Of a stretch of 64,000 nucleotides of DNA, positions 51,268-61,244 are shown piece by piece (the stretch's first letter is position 1; every line of letters begins with the position of its first letter). The position numbers and the translations under genes are program-made. Under the pieces are notes generated by a model that did no database searches, had not been told where the DNA came from, and saw only the letters and a list, made by a program, of their open reading frames with translations. The stretch comes from Candidatus Algichlamydia australiensis (lineage in GTDB: Bacteria; Chlamydiota; Chlamydiia; Chlamydiales; JAJFMI01), in the NCBI GenBank assembly GCA_033977065.1, contig JAXCHI010000004.1, forward strand, positions 256,001 through 320,000, in the 5' to 3' direction.

Positions 51268-51743
51268 TGAAAGTTTCTAAAAAAAGCGCGATCAAGATTT
51301 GCTTTGCAACTTGGTTTTTAACAGGAACCTTACTGCTTTGGAAGGGATTAAGGTTTTTATCGGTAGAGGTAAAATTTTTAGGTGCAAAGCAGCTCCCTCT
51401 GCTGCGTTTTGCAGCTCGCTACTCTCGTGATTTGGAGCAAGCGATCTTGCTCCTCATTGCAACGGCATTAATTGTCGGATTTATTAAGGGCAGAATTGCA
51501 TTAAGAGGGGTGGTAAATCGCACAATTGCGCGCATGAACGATAAAGTGCAATTACAAAGTGTATTTGCCCCAAGAGAGCTGATTTTAATTGGGTTTATGA
51601 TCGCACTTGGAGTCTCCATGCGATTTCTCCCTATTCCAATTGATGTGCGTGGCTTTGTCGATGTTGCTATTGGTTCCGGCTTAATGAACGGTGCCATGCT
51701 TTTTCTTCGTAAACTTATTTATGATAAGGCCGGCCAGAGTTAA
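51267..51743 (+). CDS. Conserved chlamydial membrane protein
   Basis: About 4 TM segments; 'RGFVDVAIGSGL-x-NGA' motif. Confidence 0.6.
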   Translation: MKVSKKSAIKICFATWFLTGTLLLWKGLRFLSVEVKFLGAKQLPLLRFAARYSRDLEQAILLLIATALIVGFIKGRIALRGVVNRTIARMNDKVQLQSVFAPRELILIGFMIALGVSMRFLPIPIDVRGFVDVAIGSGLMNGAMLFLRKLIYDKAGQS

Positions 51744-52119
51744 TCATGATGGCCCGGTAGATTTGTTCTGCGAGAATGAGCCGCGTCATATGGTGAGTAA
51801 AAGTCATTTTACTAAGTGAGATGAGCGCAGAGGCGTTTTTTTGAATGGTGGGAGTAAATCCCTCATCGCCTCCGATTACAAAGACAATGTTAGCGCTTTG
51901 GGTCTCAAGAAATTTAGCAAACCCTTCGCTTGAATACTGCTTGCCTGTAGGATCTAGGCAGATATAGCTTTTCTCTTTAGCAAGAACTTTTTCAAGTGCA
52001 GCAAGATCCTTTGGGTAGACCCAAAGGATTTGCGCCTCAGAAGTAAGGCGCTTTGCATACTCGGCTAGCTCTTTCTCGAAGGATTTTTTGCCTGGAGTAA
52101 AAATTTTGATCTTTCTCAT
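51715..52119 (-). CDS. rlmH: 23S rRNA pseudouridine-1915 N3-methyltransferase
   Basis: FVIGGDEG, SLSKMTFTH, EQIYRA...PYHK. Confidence 0.93.
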   Translation of the reverse strand: MRKIKIFTPGKKSFEKELAEYAKRLTSEAQILWVYPKDLAALEKVLAKEKSYICLDPTGKQYSSEGFAKFLETQSANIVFVIGGDEGFTPTIQKNASALISLSKMTFTHHMTRLILAEQIYRAIMINSGRPYHK

Positions 52120-53414
52120 CCACCTGCGACATTAGCACGACCTGTAAATATAAGTCTGCGGTGATCAGAAAATACGCCCTTGGCTCCTACACGGCTGAAC
52201 TTTGTGCGATCAAACTTCTCTTTCCCAAGTTTGTAATCAACCTTCTTTAAGAGTTTATTCCAAAGGGCGCGATCCAAATTACAAGGCTCTGAGACTCTTT
52301 TGGGGATGATTTTTTTCTCTTCCCAATTAAATGTGGGAGCGATCCAGTTGAATAGGGTATGAGCCATTTTTGTAATGGGCTGCCAATTCACATACTCAAC
52401 GCAGAGTTGGTCTCCCAACCAAGTATACTGTTTAACTCCATCTTTTACCCACTCTCTTTGTGTCTCAAATTTTTCAAACCAGTAGTCGTACTTGTCAAAT
52501 TCCTCATCATCACAGTTAAAATCGCCCATGATGAGGGTAGGCAACTGCTCTACTTTATGCACTGCGTGATTAAAGAGAGTGCGCATTTGCGCTGCTCTTC
52601 CAGTGAGCTCCTCCTCGTCTGGAAATTGAGGCTCTTCAGAGTGTTGCGGATGGGTAAAGCCTACTCTTGCAAAGATCTCTCCTTCTGAGGCAAGTTCACC
52701 AAAAAAAGTTCCTTTGATGCAGTGGTCTTTTGTGCGACCTGCTAAAGTTTCATTATCAAATCGTACGAATTCAGGGTTTTTGATTTCATACTTGCTAAAG
52801 ACAGCAAGGCCTGATGGGCTCCCAAATCCTTTCTTTCCAACATTCCAGTAGATGTAGCGGTAGTGCTTTTTAAGGCGCTCAACAACGCGTGCATTGAGCG
52901 TTGTGTCGTTCATTTCACAGAGGCCGACTACGTCTTTGTCCTCTTTTATGATTTCATCAATAATGTCTTCTATACGATCTTCAAGGTTTGAAAGTCCTCC
53001 ATCGGTGTAGTTGTAACCTGCGCGCGCGCCACAGATATTCCAGAACATCACAGAAAATGTGCGATCTGCAGGAAGTACTTTTGCGTCAGCATTTCCTAGA
53101 GTGAAGATGTAAGGGTGATTTTGAATTACATTTCCAAAACGTCTGAGCGCGATCCCTGGCCCTGCTGTAACGGCCCCAAAAATCGAGTAGGCGATAACAC
53201 GCATGGCTAAGTTTGCTCGCTGAAGGGCAACCTCGAGGTTAGTTGCTGAGGGGTAGAGCTTGTCATAGAGCCAGGCGGTATGCAAGCTTTCACGCGCTTT
53301 GCAGACGGGGGTTGTTAGATGGGAGGCTAAATAAAAACTTTGTTCTGCAATCCAGTCACAGCCCCACCAGCCTTCTGCTACTCCTTCTGCATCTGCGTCA
53401 ACTTCGCTACTCAT
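52116..53414 (-). CDS. Endonuclease/exonuclease/phosphatase (EEP) family enzyme with N-terminal extension
   Basis: WNIC, GLCE, SGLAVFSKY, KG, THPQH, MGDFN, SDH motifs. Confidence 0.8.
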   Translation of the reverse strand: MSSEVDADAEGVAEGWWGCDWIAEQSFYLASHLTTPVCKARESLHTAWLYDKLYPSATNLEVALQRANLAMRVIAYSIFGAVTAGPGIALRRFGNVIQNHPYIFTLGNADAKVLPADRTFSVMFWNICGARAGYNYTDGGLSNLEDRIEDIIDEIIKEDKDVVGLCEMNDTTLNARVVERLKKHYRYIYWNVGKKGFGSPSGLAVFSKYEIKNPEFVRFDNETLAGRTKDHCIKGTFFGELASEGEIFARVGFTHPQHSEEPQFPDEEELTGRAAQMRTLFNHAVHKVEQLPTLIMGDFNCDDEEFDKYDYWFEKFETQREWVKDGVKQYTWLGDQLCVEYVNWQPITKMAHTLFNWIAPTFNWEEKKIIPKRVSEPCNLDRALWNKLLKKVDYKLGKEKFDRTKFSRVGAKGVFSDHRRLIFTGRANVAGG

Positions 53415-53493
53415 AAAAACTCCTTTCGAGCGGCAAATGTAAAGAATTTGTGAATTTGTTGTCAATAATGGTTTTTTTAGCGAAAATGGCTAC

Positions 53494-54306
53494 ATGGGAT
53501 ATGTATACTGGAATCCAAGCGGAGATCTATTCACTCTGCCTTTTTGGCCCGTACCGATTCGCTGGTATGGTCTCTTCTTTGCATTGGGCTTTTTGCTGGG
53601 GTTTCAAGTTTTTACTAAAGATTTAGAAAAAAAACTAGGTAGCAAGACGCGAGCCAAAAAATATGCCGATCGCTTTATTCTCTTTGTCATCATTGGCGTA
53701 GTTTTGGGAGCGCGTTTAGGTCATATTCTTTTTTATGAACCTCTAGGGCCCTATTTGCACGATCCGTTGCGTGTGTTGCGCATCTGGGAGGGAGGCTTAG
53801 CCAGCCATGGCGGTGTAGTTGCGGTGCTCTTGATGCTGGCACTTTTTTTGCGAAAAAGTCGCGAGCTTTCATTTCGTGCTCTGCTTGATTTGATGGTCAT
53901 CCCTTCTTGTATTTTGGCTGGATTTATCCGTTTGGGAAACTTTTTTAATCAAGAAATTTTGGGTAGGGTGTGCGATCTGCCTTGGGCAATTTATTTTGGC
54001 AGCCCTGCAGATGGGAGTTCGCCTGCACTGCGTCATCCCGCGCAACTCTATGAGATGGCCTTTTATTTTTCTCTTGGAGCCATTCTCTACTTTATTAAGC
54101 GAAAGGTGGAGTGGCCAGCGGGGAAATTGACGGGAGTTTTGTTGACTTTTCTTTTTAGCTTCCGCTTCTTGATTGAGTTTATCAAAGTGCCACAGAGCGC
54201 TCTGGTGAATGGCGGTGGCTTGCTGATGGGCCAATGGCTCTCACTTCCTATTATTGGAATAGGGCTCTACTTATGGCAAAAGAGGAAGCCGGTCGCTCAG
54301 ACTTAA
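53494..54306 (+). CDS. lgt: Prolipoprotein diacylglyceryl transferase
   Basis: IRWYG, GARLGH, GGLASHGG, RLGNFFNQE, HPAQLYE. Confidence 0.97.
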   Translation: MGYVYWNPSGDLFTLPFWPVPIRWYGLFFALGFLLGFQVFTKDLEKKLGSKTRAKKYADRFILFVIIGVVLGARLGHILFYEPLGPYLHDPLRVLRIWEGGLASHGGVVAVLLMLALFLRKSRELSFRALLDLMVIPSCILAGFIRLGNFFNQEILGRVCDLPWAIYFGSPADGSSPALRHPAQLYEMAFYFSLGAILYFIKRKVEWPAGKLTGVLLTFLFSFRFLIEFIKVPQSALVNGGGLLMGQWLSLPIIGIGLYLWQKRKPVAQT

Positions 54307-55737
54307 ATCAGGATTTAAGGCTTTGTAGCGCTCTAGAGGGGTCCCGTCTGCTTTTCGATAGTTTCTGTAGCGCTCGTAGATCCATTCACGCTTCTTGATC
54401 TCGTCCGCAAATGAGAGGAACTGTGTGGGGAGTTTCTTGGCTTGCGGCTCAGGTAGATTAAGTTCAAGAAGAACAAGCTCATTTTGCAAAGCCCAAAATT
54501 CAATTTTCTCTTCTAGACCTTCTTGGTTCTCTAAACTCTCTTTAGCTTTTTTAAAGTGAAGTAGAGTCTTCTGAACTAAGGCCCAAAACTCTTCAATATT
54601 GCTATTGCGGATTACGCTGACAAGCTCACTATCGATGAGGTCTGAAAGGATGGGTGAAGAGGGGATTTGTAATTCTGCAATCAGCGCCCAGATCAGAGCT
54701 TTTGTGTCACTTGCTGTTAAGCTTAAAAATCGCGTTAAGTTGCTTACTTGTTCAATCTGATGCTGCGTTTCTGAGTGCCCGTACTCTTCAAACTCTAACA
54801 AAATTTCATTTTGATAGAGGTCGAGAAGTTGAGAAGGTGGATGATCGCCATAGCAACTCTTTGCCATCAGTACGATCATTTCAAAGTGGCGAGCGATTTT
54901 GGAGGGAGAGTTTCCCTCTTCAGCCTCTTTTTGCACTAGCTCCTTCAAAAGGTGGAGCTCATTCTCACATAATTTTGCTTTAAGAGTTGCGCTCCACTTT
55001 GTCCCGAGATGGCAAGCGATGGCAATTTCTAGTTTGTTATTCTTATGAGGTGCAGGAATCTCATACAGCATGGAGAGTTTTTGCTCGATAACAGCCTGTA
55101 GCTGATAAAATGTGATTTCTGGGTAGTCGCTGATTGTTTCAATTTGCGTCTTGACAATGAGTGCATCACGAGCATCACAGGAGTAGAAGGGATTTTGTGG
55201 GGGAACTTCAGAGAAAAGAGCTTTCAAACCACTATAGGTTTTGGCCATTAAGCCAACTAAATTCGGTTTTCTTCCTTGGAGTGTTGCAAGACACTCGCCC
55301 ACGTTTTGTGCAATTTGCTCGCTCTGCGCTTTGATGGAGTTGTAGATACCAATTTCAAGTTGGTTGCGCAAATTTTCGCGGATAAGGGTATTCGCATCTA
55401 GGTTTTTATGGCCATAGAGCTTCTCATAAAAATAGGCGACCTTTTCAAAAGCTTTTTTTAGTGCGAAAAGCCCGAGGCGGTAGCGCGGGAAACGCGCTTT
55501 GAATTCAGGCAAAATTTTACGAAGGAGGTCTTGCTCAATCTGTGCCGACCACTCTTGTGTTGAGCCGTGTGCGGTGATTTCTGTTGTGATTTTTTCTGAG
55601 AGAAAGAGGCTGATGTCGGAGAAGGGGTCGTGGAATTCGTCGAGTTCGTGCAGGGAGTTGTCAGAATAAGAGGAGGGAAGAGAGTGGATATTTTTTTTGA
55701 TTGTTAGGTCTTCAGGCTTTTCTGCCGACTCGCCCAT
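54271..55737 (-). CDS. Hypothetical protein
   Basis: 488-aa ORF with GGAG RBS; no recognised domain. Confidence 0.6.
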   Translation of the reverse strand: MGESAEKPEDLTIKKNIHSLPSSYSDNSLHELDEFHDPFSDISLFLSEKITTEITAHGSTQEWSAQIEQDLLRKILPEFKARFPRYRLGLFALKKAFEKVAYFYEKLYGHKNLDANTLIRENLRNQLEIGIYNSIKAQSEQIAQNVGECLATLQGRKPNLVGLMAKTYSGLKALFSEVPPQNPFYSCDARDALIVKTQIETISDYPEITFYQLQAVIEQKLSMLYEIPAPHKNNKLEIAIACHLGTKWSATLKAKLCENELHLLKELVQKEAEEGNSPSKIARHFEMIVLMAKSCYGDHPPSQLLDLYQNEILLEFEEYGHSETQHQIEQVSNLTRFLSLTASDTKALIWALIAELQIPSSPILSDLIDSELVSVIRNSNIEEFWALVQKTLLHFKKAKESLENQEGLEEKIEFWALQNELVLLELNLPEPQAKKLPTQFLSFADEIKKREWIYERYRNYRKADGTPLERYKALNPDLSLSDRLPLLP

Positions 55738-55944
55738 ATGATGGTACTCCGCATCAATTAGTTAATTTTCTTTATATATATAGTATTATTTTTATACAAA
55801 TAAAAATTTTTAATGTTTAGTTTGTATTAGTTTGTTTGTTGTAAAAAAAACTGTTTGAGAAATACTTCAGAAAAGGAATGTGCTATTGTCTTTTAGCTGT
55901 AAAAAAGGTATCTTGAGAGTTATTCGAAATACTTGGAGTACAGG

Positions 55945-56445
55945 ATGAATTACTTGATGATTGCCGGCCGTTTAGGAGCCGACCCAGAGGTGCGCTTCAC
56001 CTCAAATGGCCAAAAAGTGACCACCATGCGTGTGGCTGCTAATACGCGTCGTGGCAAAAATGAGGAGACAATCTGGTGGCGTGTCACAATTTGGGGCGAC
56101 CAATTTGAAAAAATGATGCCCTACTTAAAGAAGGGAACAGCTGTCATGATTTGGGGAGATATGGCAAAGCCCGAGATGTTTACTGATCGCGAAGGTAAAA
56201 ATCAAATTTCAATGAACATGACTGCGACAAACATTTCCTTTAGTCCCTTTGGCCGTAGTGATGCGGAAAAGCAGCAACAGCCTGCCATGGCAGCAGCGCC
56301 GAAACCACAACAACAGCAGCCTCAACAAGCAGCTCCTAGCCAAGAGCAGACTTTTGGTAGCGGTGATTTTGGAAGCTTTGGAGGTAGTTTTGGTACAGGC
56401 GAAGCGGACAATACACCTTTCAACGATGAGGAGATTCCCTTCTAA
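55945..56445 (+). CDS. ssb: Single-stranded DNA-binding protein
   Basis: GRLGADPE, Q/P-rich linker, DEEIPF C-terminus. Confidence 0.97.
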   Translation: MNYLMIAGRLGADPEVRFTSNGQKVTTMRVAANTRRGKNEETIWWRVTIWGDQFEKMMPYLKKGTAVMIWGDMAKPEMFTDREGKNQISMNMTATNISFSPFGRSDAEKQQQPAMAAAPKPQQQQPQQAAPSQEQTFGSGDFGSFGGSFGTGEADNTPFNDEEIPF

Positions 56446-57857
56446 TGAAATTCTCCACAAGCGCTGACTTAAGCAAGAAATGTGATCTGGTCATTGTACC
56501 GTTTTTTGAGGGGCCAAAGCTTGGTTGCAAGGCCTCACTTTTTTCTGCAAAAGATTTAGGACCAATTAAGACAAAAGATTTTAAAGGCAAAGAGAAAGAA
56601 ATTTCCCTTGTTTATGATGGCGATAAACGGTATTTGCTCCTTGGGCTTGGTAAGGGCACTTCAGTTCGAAGATGCTACGCCGAGGCGGTAGGATTTTGTC
56701 ATAAGAAAAAAATCAAAAACATTGCAGCGCTTGTTCCAACGAAAGGTTCTATCTACGATTTGGCAGACGGCTTGCTTTTAGCTAACTACGCTTTTGACAA
56801 GTATAAAAAAGAGAAGAGCGTACTGCTTACAAGTTGCCTATTAGTTGGAGGGACAAAAACCCACCTCAAGGAGTGTGAGCATGCAGCAAAAGTGATGCAG
56901 GGTGTCTATCTTGCACGCGACTTGATCAATGGGAATGCAGATGAGGTAACTCCTGAGCGCTTAGCTAAGGAAGCAACAGCTCTTGCAAAAAAGTATACGG
57001 ATGTCAAAACAAAAGTTCTAAACGAAGCAGAAATTAAAAAAGAAAAAATGGGCCTTTTCTTAGCGGTAGCGCAGAGCTCACGCGTACGGCCTCGTTTCAT
57101 TGTCTGCGAGTACCGTGGCGCTCCGAAATCAAAAGAGCATACGGTAGTTATAGGTAAGGGAGTGACCTACGATACTGGCGGTCTTAACCTCAAGCCCACC
57201 GGCTATATGGAGACGATGAAGGCCGATATGTCGGGATCTGCAGCGGCAATTGGTCTGATCAAAGCGGCAGCAGAAGCGAAAATCAAGGCGAATGTCACCT
57301 GCGTTGTAGCAGCAACAGAAAATGCAATTGATCGCGATAGTTACAAGCCGGGTGATGTCTTTTTTGGAATGAATGGCACCAGTGTAGAAATTGATAATAC
57401 TGATGCGGAAGGACGTTTGACAATGGCAGACGCTCTTGCCTACTCTGTGCGCAATCTTAAGCCGACCCGCATGATTGATATGGCCACACTTACAGGGGCA
57501 ATTGTCGTAGCACTTGGAGAGGAGCGTAGCGGGCTGTTTACGGAAAATAAATCTTTAGAGAAAGCCCTGGTGGAAGCAGGGGAGGCAACTGGCGAAAAAG
57601 TTTGGCCTCTTCCCATGGATAAAGAGTACCGTGAACTTTTAAAATCGGGCGTTGCTGATATAAAAAATTGCGGTGGTCGCCAAGCCGGTTCGATTACGGC
57701 CGCTATCTTCTTAAAAGAGTTTGTAGGCAAAGTGCCATGGGCTCACCTGGATATAGCAGGAACTGCCTACCTTGATAGCGGAAAGTTTTTAGGGACGACT
57801 CCTGCTTCAGGTGTTGGTGTACGCTTGCTCATTCGACTTCTTGAGGGCAAAAGATGA
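56445..57857 (+). CDS. pepA: Leucyl aminopeptidase (M17)
   Basis: GKGVTYDTGG, MKADM, NTDAEGRL, WAHLDIAG. Confidence 0.97.
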   Translation: MKFSTSADLSKKCDLVIVPFFEGPKLGCKASLFSAKDLGPIKTKDFKGKEKEISLVYDGDKRYLLLGLGKGTSVRRCYAEAVGFCHKKKIKNIAALVPTKGSIYDLADGLLLANYAFDKYKKEKSVLLTSCLLVGGTKTHLKECEHAAKVMQGVYLARDLINGNADEVTPERLAKEATALAKKYTDVKTKVLNEAEIKKEKMGLFLAVAQSSRVRPRFIVCEYRGAPKSKEHTVVIGKGVTYDTGGLNLKPTGYMETMKADMSGSAAAIGLIKAAAEAKIKANVTCVVAATENAIDRDSYKPGDVFFGMNGTSVEIDNTDAEGRLTMADALAYSVRNLKPTRMIDMATLTGAIVVALGEERSGLFTENKSLEKALVEAGEATGEKVWPLPMDKEYRELLKSGVADIKNCGGRQAGSITAAIFLKEFVGKVPWAHLDIAGTAYLDSGKFLGTTPASGVGVRLLIRLLEGKR

Positions 57858-58750
57858 AACCCAAGGCGCGTCGTACTTTCCATGTAGGCCGCGAAGAGGC
57901 GGGAATGCGTTTGCTCAGCTATTTAAAGAGCAAACTCTCTCCCTCCTATTCGGCCAAAATGGTCAAGCGCGCCATTGATCGCCACGCCTGTATGGTTAAC
58001 GGCAAGTCGGAATCCTTCTCCACTTATCGTGTCACGTTTCGCGATCGCGTTGAGTTCAATGAGAGCCGTATGCTCAAGCTCACTTCATGTGAAATGCAAA
58101 AAATTTGTATTCTTTACGAGAATGAGGAGCTTTTGATCATTAGCAAGCCTGGTGGTGTCACTAGCGATAATGGTGAAATTAAAAATCATCTCCCAATTAA
58201 GTATCCCTACTTAGAACTTGTGCATCGTCTTGATCGCAATACATCTGGAGTACTTGTTTTAGCGAAAACGCCACGAGCAAGACGTGAGATGGAAGATCTT
58301 TTTCGCAATCGAGAGATTGAAAAAGAGTATCTTGCCATTGTAGATGGCAGTCCGAAGAAGCCGAAGGGAAGTATAGAAAATTATTTGGGAAAAGTGAGCA
58401 CTTGGGAGGGACAATCTCTTTTCGGAGCTGTACCTGAGTCTGAGGGTCGCTACGCGCTAACAGAGTATAAGACCCTTGCAACAGGCGTAGGACTTTCACT
58501 TTTGAAAGTCTCTCCTCAAACAGGGCGCACGCATCAAATCCGCACGCATTTAAAAAGCATTGGCACACCGATTCTTGGTGATTACCAGTATGCTCGTTCA
58601 TTCCGCTCCTCTTTTGAAGTAAGCCGACAGATGCTCCACGCTCACAAACTCTCCTTCACTTTCCAAGGGGAAAAAATTTACGTGACGGCCCCACTTACAC
58701 GTGAAATGCGCGAGCTGATCAATGAGATCTACCAAGTATCTGATTGTTAA
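57854..58750 (+). CDS. RluA/C/D family pseudouridine synthase
   Basis: S4-like N-terminus, HRLDRNTSG, TGRTHQIR, PILGD motifs. Confidence 0.93.
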   Translation: MKPKARRTFHVGREEAGMRLLSYLKSKLSPSYSAKMVKRAIDRHACMVNGKSESFSTYRVTFRDRVEFNESRMLKLTSCEMQKICILYENEELLIISKPGGVTSDNGEIKNHLPIKYPYLELVHRLDRNTSGVLVLAKTPRARREMEDLFRNREIEKEYLAIVDGSPKKPKGSIENYLGKVSTWEGQSLFGAVPESEGRYALTEYKTLATGVGLSLLKVSPQTGRTHQIRTHLKSIGTPILGDYQYARSFRSSFEVSRQMLHAHKLSFTFQGEKIYVTAPLTREMRELINEIYQVSDC

Positions 58751-59756
58751 ACTCTCCTCACTTGGAGATGTAATCCAAACCCTGCCCTTTGCTTCCTACT
58801 TAGATGGTCATGTAACTTGGGCAGTCGAATCAGAGTATACCCCTCTTTTAAAAAGTGTTCCTGCGATCGATGAGATTCGCCCCATACCTTTTCGTAAATG
58901 GCGAAGCAAAAAGTGTTGTTTTTCTGAACTAAAGAGAAGACTTCAGGATCTTGGCAGTTACGATGTCGTTTTTGATTTGCAGGGTAACTGCAAATCGGGC
59001 CTTGTAACCAAATTTGCAAAAGCTAAAGAGAAGGTGGGGTTTGCTAAACCGGTTGAGTGGCCCAACCGTCTTGTTACAAATCGAAAAATTGTCCTGCCTG
59101 AACACTTCTCAATACGTGAGCAGTTGCGCCATTTGTATACGAGCTATTTTGGAAAAGAGCCAGAGGAGCATCCGCTCAAACTGGTTGGCGAAGAGATTCC
59201 TATTCCCAAACCCGTTTTTATGGTTTGTATGGATTCGCGTTGGAGGAACAAGCAGCTTACCAAAGCCCTTTGGAGAGAATTTCTTGCGAAGCTCCAAAAA
59301 GAGTATAAAGTGCATTTTCTCTTTGTCTTTGGAGAAAAAGAGGAGCCAATTAGCAAAGAGTTTCCCGGTTCGGTTACGATTCTAAAACCAGAATTTGGCA
59401 CTTGGCAGCGGCTAATGCACGAGGTTGATCTCATTTTAACCGTTGACTCTGCAAGTTTGGCCCTGGCAAACACTACCAATACTCCTACATTTGCCCTCTT
59501 TGGGCCCTCAAGTGCAAAAATTTTTGGACCATCTGCACCTGGTAGTGGAAACTTTCAAGGAGTTTGTCCTTATGGAGAGACGTTTGTAAAGCGTTGCAGC
59601 AAATTGCGCACTTGTCCTACGGGTGCCTGTTTGCGAGAGGCGACACTTAAACAGCTTTTATTATCCTTTCAAAATCAATGTGGTTTTCCACAAGCTCAAT
59701 CGCCTCATGAATCTTCTCCTTGTCCTCTATCCGAATCTTTACCGTGTACGAAGTGA
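58722..59756 (+). CDS. Glycosyltransferase family 9 (WaaC-like heptosyltransferase)
   Basis: IVKLSSLGDVI, DLQGNCKS, VDSA, ALFGPS motifs; Cys-rich C-terminus. Confidence 0.85.
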   Translation: MRSTKYLIVKLSSLGDVIQTLPFASYLDGHVTWAVESEYTPLLKSVPAIDEIRPIPFRKWRSKKCCFSELKRRLQDLGSYDVVFDLQGNCKSGLVTKFAKAKEKVGFAKPVEWPNRLVTNRKIVLPEHFSIREQLRHLYTSYFGKEPEEHPLKLVGEEIPIPKPVFMVCMDSRWRNKQLTKALWREFLAKLQKEYKVHFLFVFGEKEEPISKEFPGSVTILKPEFGTWQRLMHEVDLILTVDSASLALANTTNTPTFALFGPSSAKIFGPSAPGSGNFQGVCPYGETFVKRCSKLRTCPTGACLREATLKQLLLSFQNQCGFPQAQSPHESSPCPLSESLPCTK

Positions 59757-60747
59757 TCATCTTTGTGACTTTATAACTTGGAAGAGGGGCATAAAGCATA
59801 GGAATAGAGGCTTCACGCAATTTTCCTACCATCTTTTCATTGGGCTCTGTGCGCCCTGTTAAAATGATCGCAACATCGAGCTCCTCTCCTCTTTTTTGAT
59901 ACTCCTTAAACTTTTTAAGAGTGATGCGCAAAATATCATCTCGTGTTGCCGAGGTGATTAAGAGAGTAGAGGGGACGATCATCTTTGCAAAATCTCCCGC
60001 GGAAGTAGAGATAAGACGGGTGTGGCGGTAGTGAGAGAGGCGCCTCTCTTCACCTGAAAGAAGTGTTGTACGGAATAGGGACTCAAAATCGTTTAATGAG
60101 GGGTTGCTTAAAAAGGGATCAAAAGGAATGCAACCCAAAATAGGAAGATTCCATCGCTTTAACGCTTTTCCCATATAATTGAGAATCATTTCGCGCTTAT
60201 CAGGCAGTACGCGATTCAAAATGACACCTGCGACCTCTACTCCTTGTAGATCGCAGCAGAGCTTGTTTAGGGCGAGTGCATCAAAAGAGGAGCCTAACCC
60301 ACCAGAAGCGATAATGACACACTTGAGACCTAACAGCTTTGCGACCTCCGCATTGTTGAGGTTAACGATAGAGCCTACGCCGATGTGACCTGTGCCTTCA
60401 GCCAAGACAAAGTCTGCCTCTTTTCTAATGGCTTGGTAGGAGTCTGCAATTTTTTTTTTAAGGTCTTTAAGATTCCACTTGCCATCCAGATATTCGCGCG
60501 TAAATCCACGAGGGAAAAGAACGGGGCTCATCGTCTCATACCCTTCTGGCAGGCTAAAGTGATCTTTGAAGAGAACAACATCTTTGTCTGCATGCGCACC
60601 TTCTGTAGTGATGACATGCTCCTGACCCACAGGTTTAATGAAACCAATTTTTGAAAAACGTTTGCGTAGGCCTGAGAGCAACCCTAAACAAGTAGTTGTT
60701 TTCCCTACATGCTGTCCTGTTGATGCAATGAAGACTCCCGAACTCAT
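59647..60747 (-). CDS. Stand-alone Pta N-terminal-like protein (BioD-like P-loop plus DRTGG-like domain)
   Basis: STGQHVGKTT, GFIKPVG, AEGTGH, GVILNRV; lacks the PTA_PTB catalytic domain. Confidence 0.75.
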   Translation of the reverse strand: MSSGVFIASTGQHVGKTTTCLGLLSGLRKRFSKIGFIKPVGQEHVITTEGAHADKDVVLFKDHFSLPEGYETMSPVLFPRGFTREYLDGKWNLKDLKKKIADSYQAIRKEADFVLAEGTGHIGVGSIVNLNNAEVAKLLGLKCVIIASGGLGSSFDALALNKLCCDLQGVEVAGVILNRVLPDKREMILNYMGKALKRWNLPILGCIPFDPFLSNPSLNDFESLFRTTLLSGEERRLSHYRHTRLISTSAGDFAKMIVPSTLLITSATRDDILRITLKKFKEYQKRGEELDVAIILTGRTEPNEKMVGKLREASIPMLYAPLPSYKVTKMITSYTVKIRIEDKEKIHEAIELVENHIDFERIIKAV

Positions 60748-61190
60748 ACCAATACTTTTCCTAATACTTTTAGAAATACCTCTCTAACATCAGGAAAAAG
60801 ATCGAGCTTCTCTACTTCTTCAAATGTGAACCACTCAAATCCACACCCTTCGCGAATTTTGGCCCCCTTTTTAGGATTTGCCATATAGACAAAGTCCATA
60901 TGCTGGTGAGCAGGAACATCCTTGTAGGTGGGAATGTTTTCCATTAAGCAAAAGGCCGGTCTCTCAAAACTTGAGGCGTTGGGTACCTCAATCCAATACT
61001 TCTCATCGCGAATAAAATCGATCTCAAGTCCGCACTCCTCCATCACTTCACGACGTGCAGCTTCAGCAGGGGATTCATTCTCTTCAACGTGACCACCTGG
61101 TGGGAGCCATCTCTGTAATTTTTTGTGAAAATGGAGGAGGGTCCTGTTTCCTTCAAAAATATAGCAAGTTGCAACAAATTCTTTCTGCAT
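60744..61190 (-). CDS. NUDIX hydrolase
   Basis: PGGHVEENESPAEAARREVMEECG Nudix box. Confidence 0.93.
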   Translation of the reverse strand: MQKEFVATCYIFEGNRTLLHFHKKLQRWLPPGGHVEENESPAEAARREVMEECGLEIDFIRDEKYWIEVPNASSFERPAFCLMENIPTYKDVPAHQHMDFVYMANPKKGAKIREGCGFEWFTFEEVEKLDLFPDVREVFLKVLGKVLV

Positions 61191-61244
61191 AGATCCTGCA
61201 TTATCCCTTGAAAAATTGATAAAAAACAAGTATAACGTCCTCCT

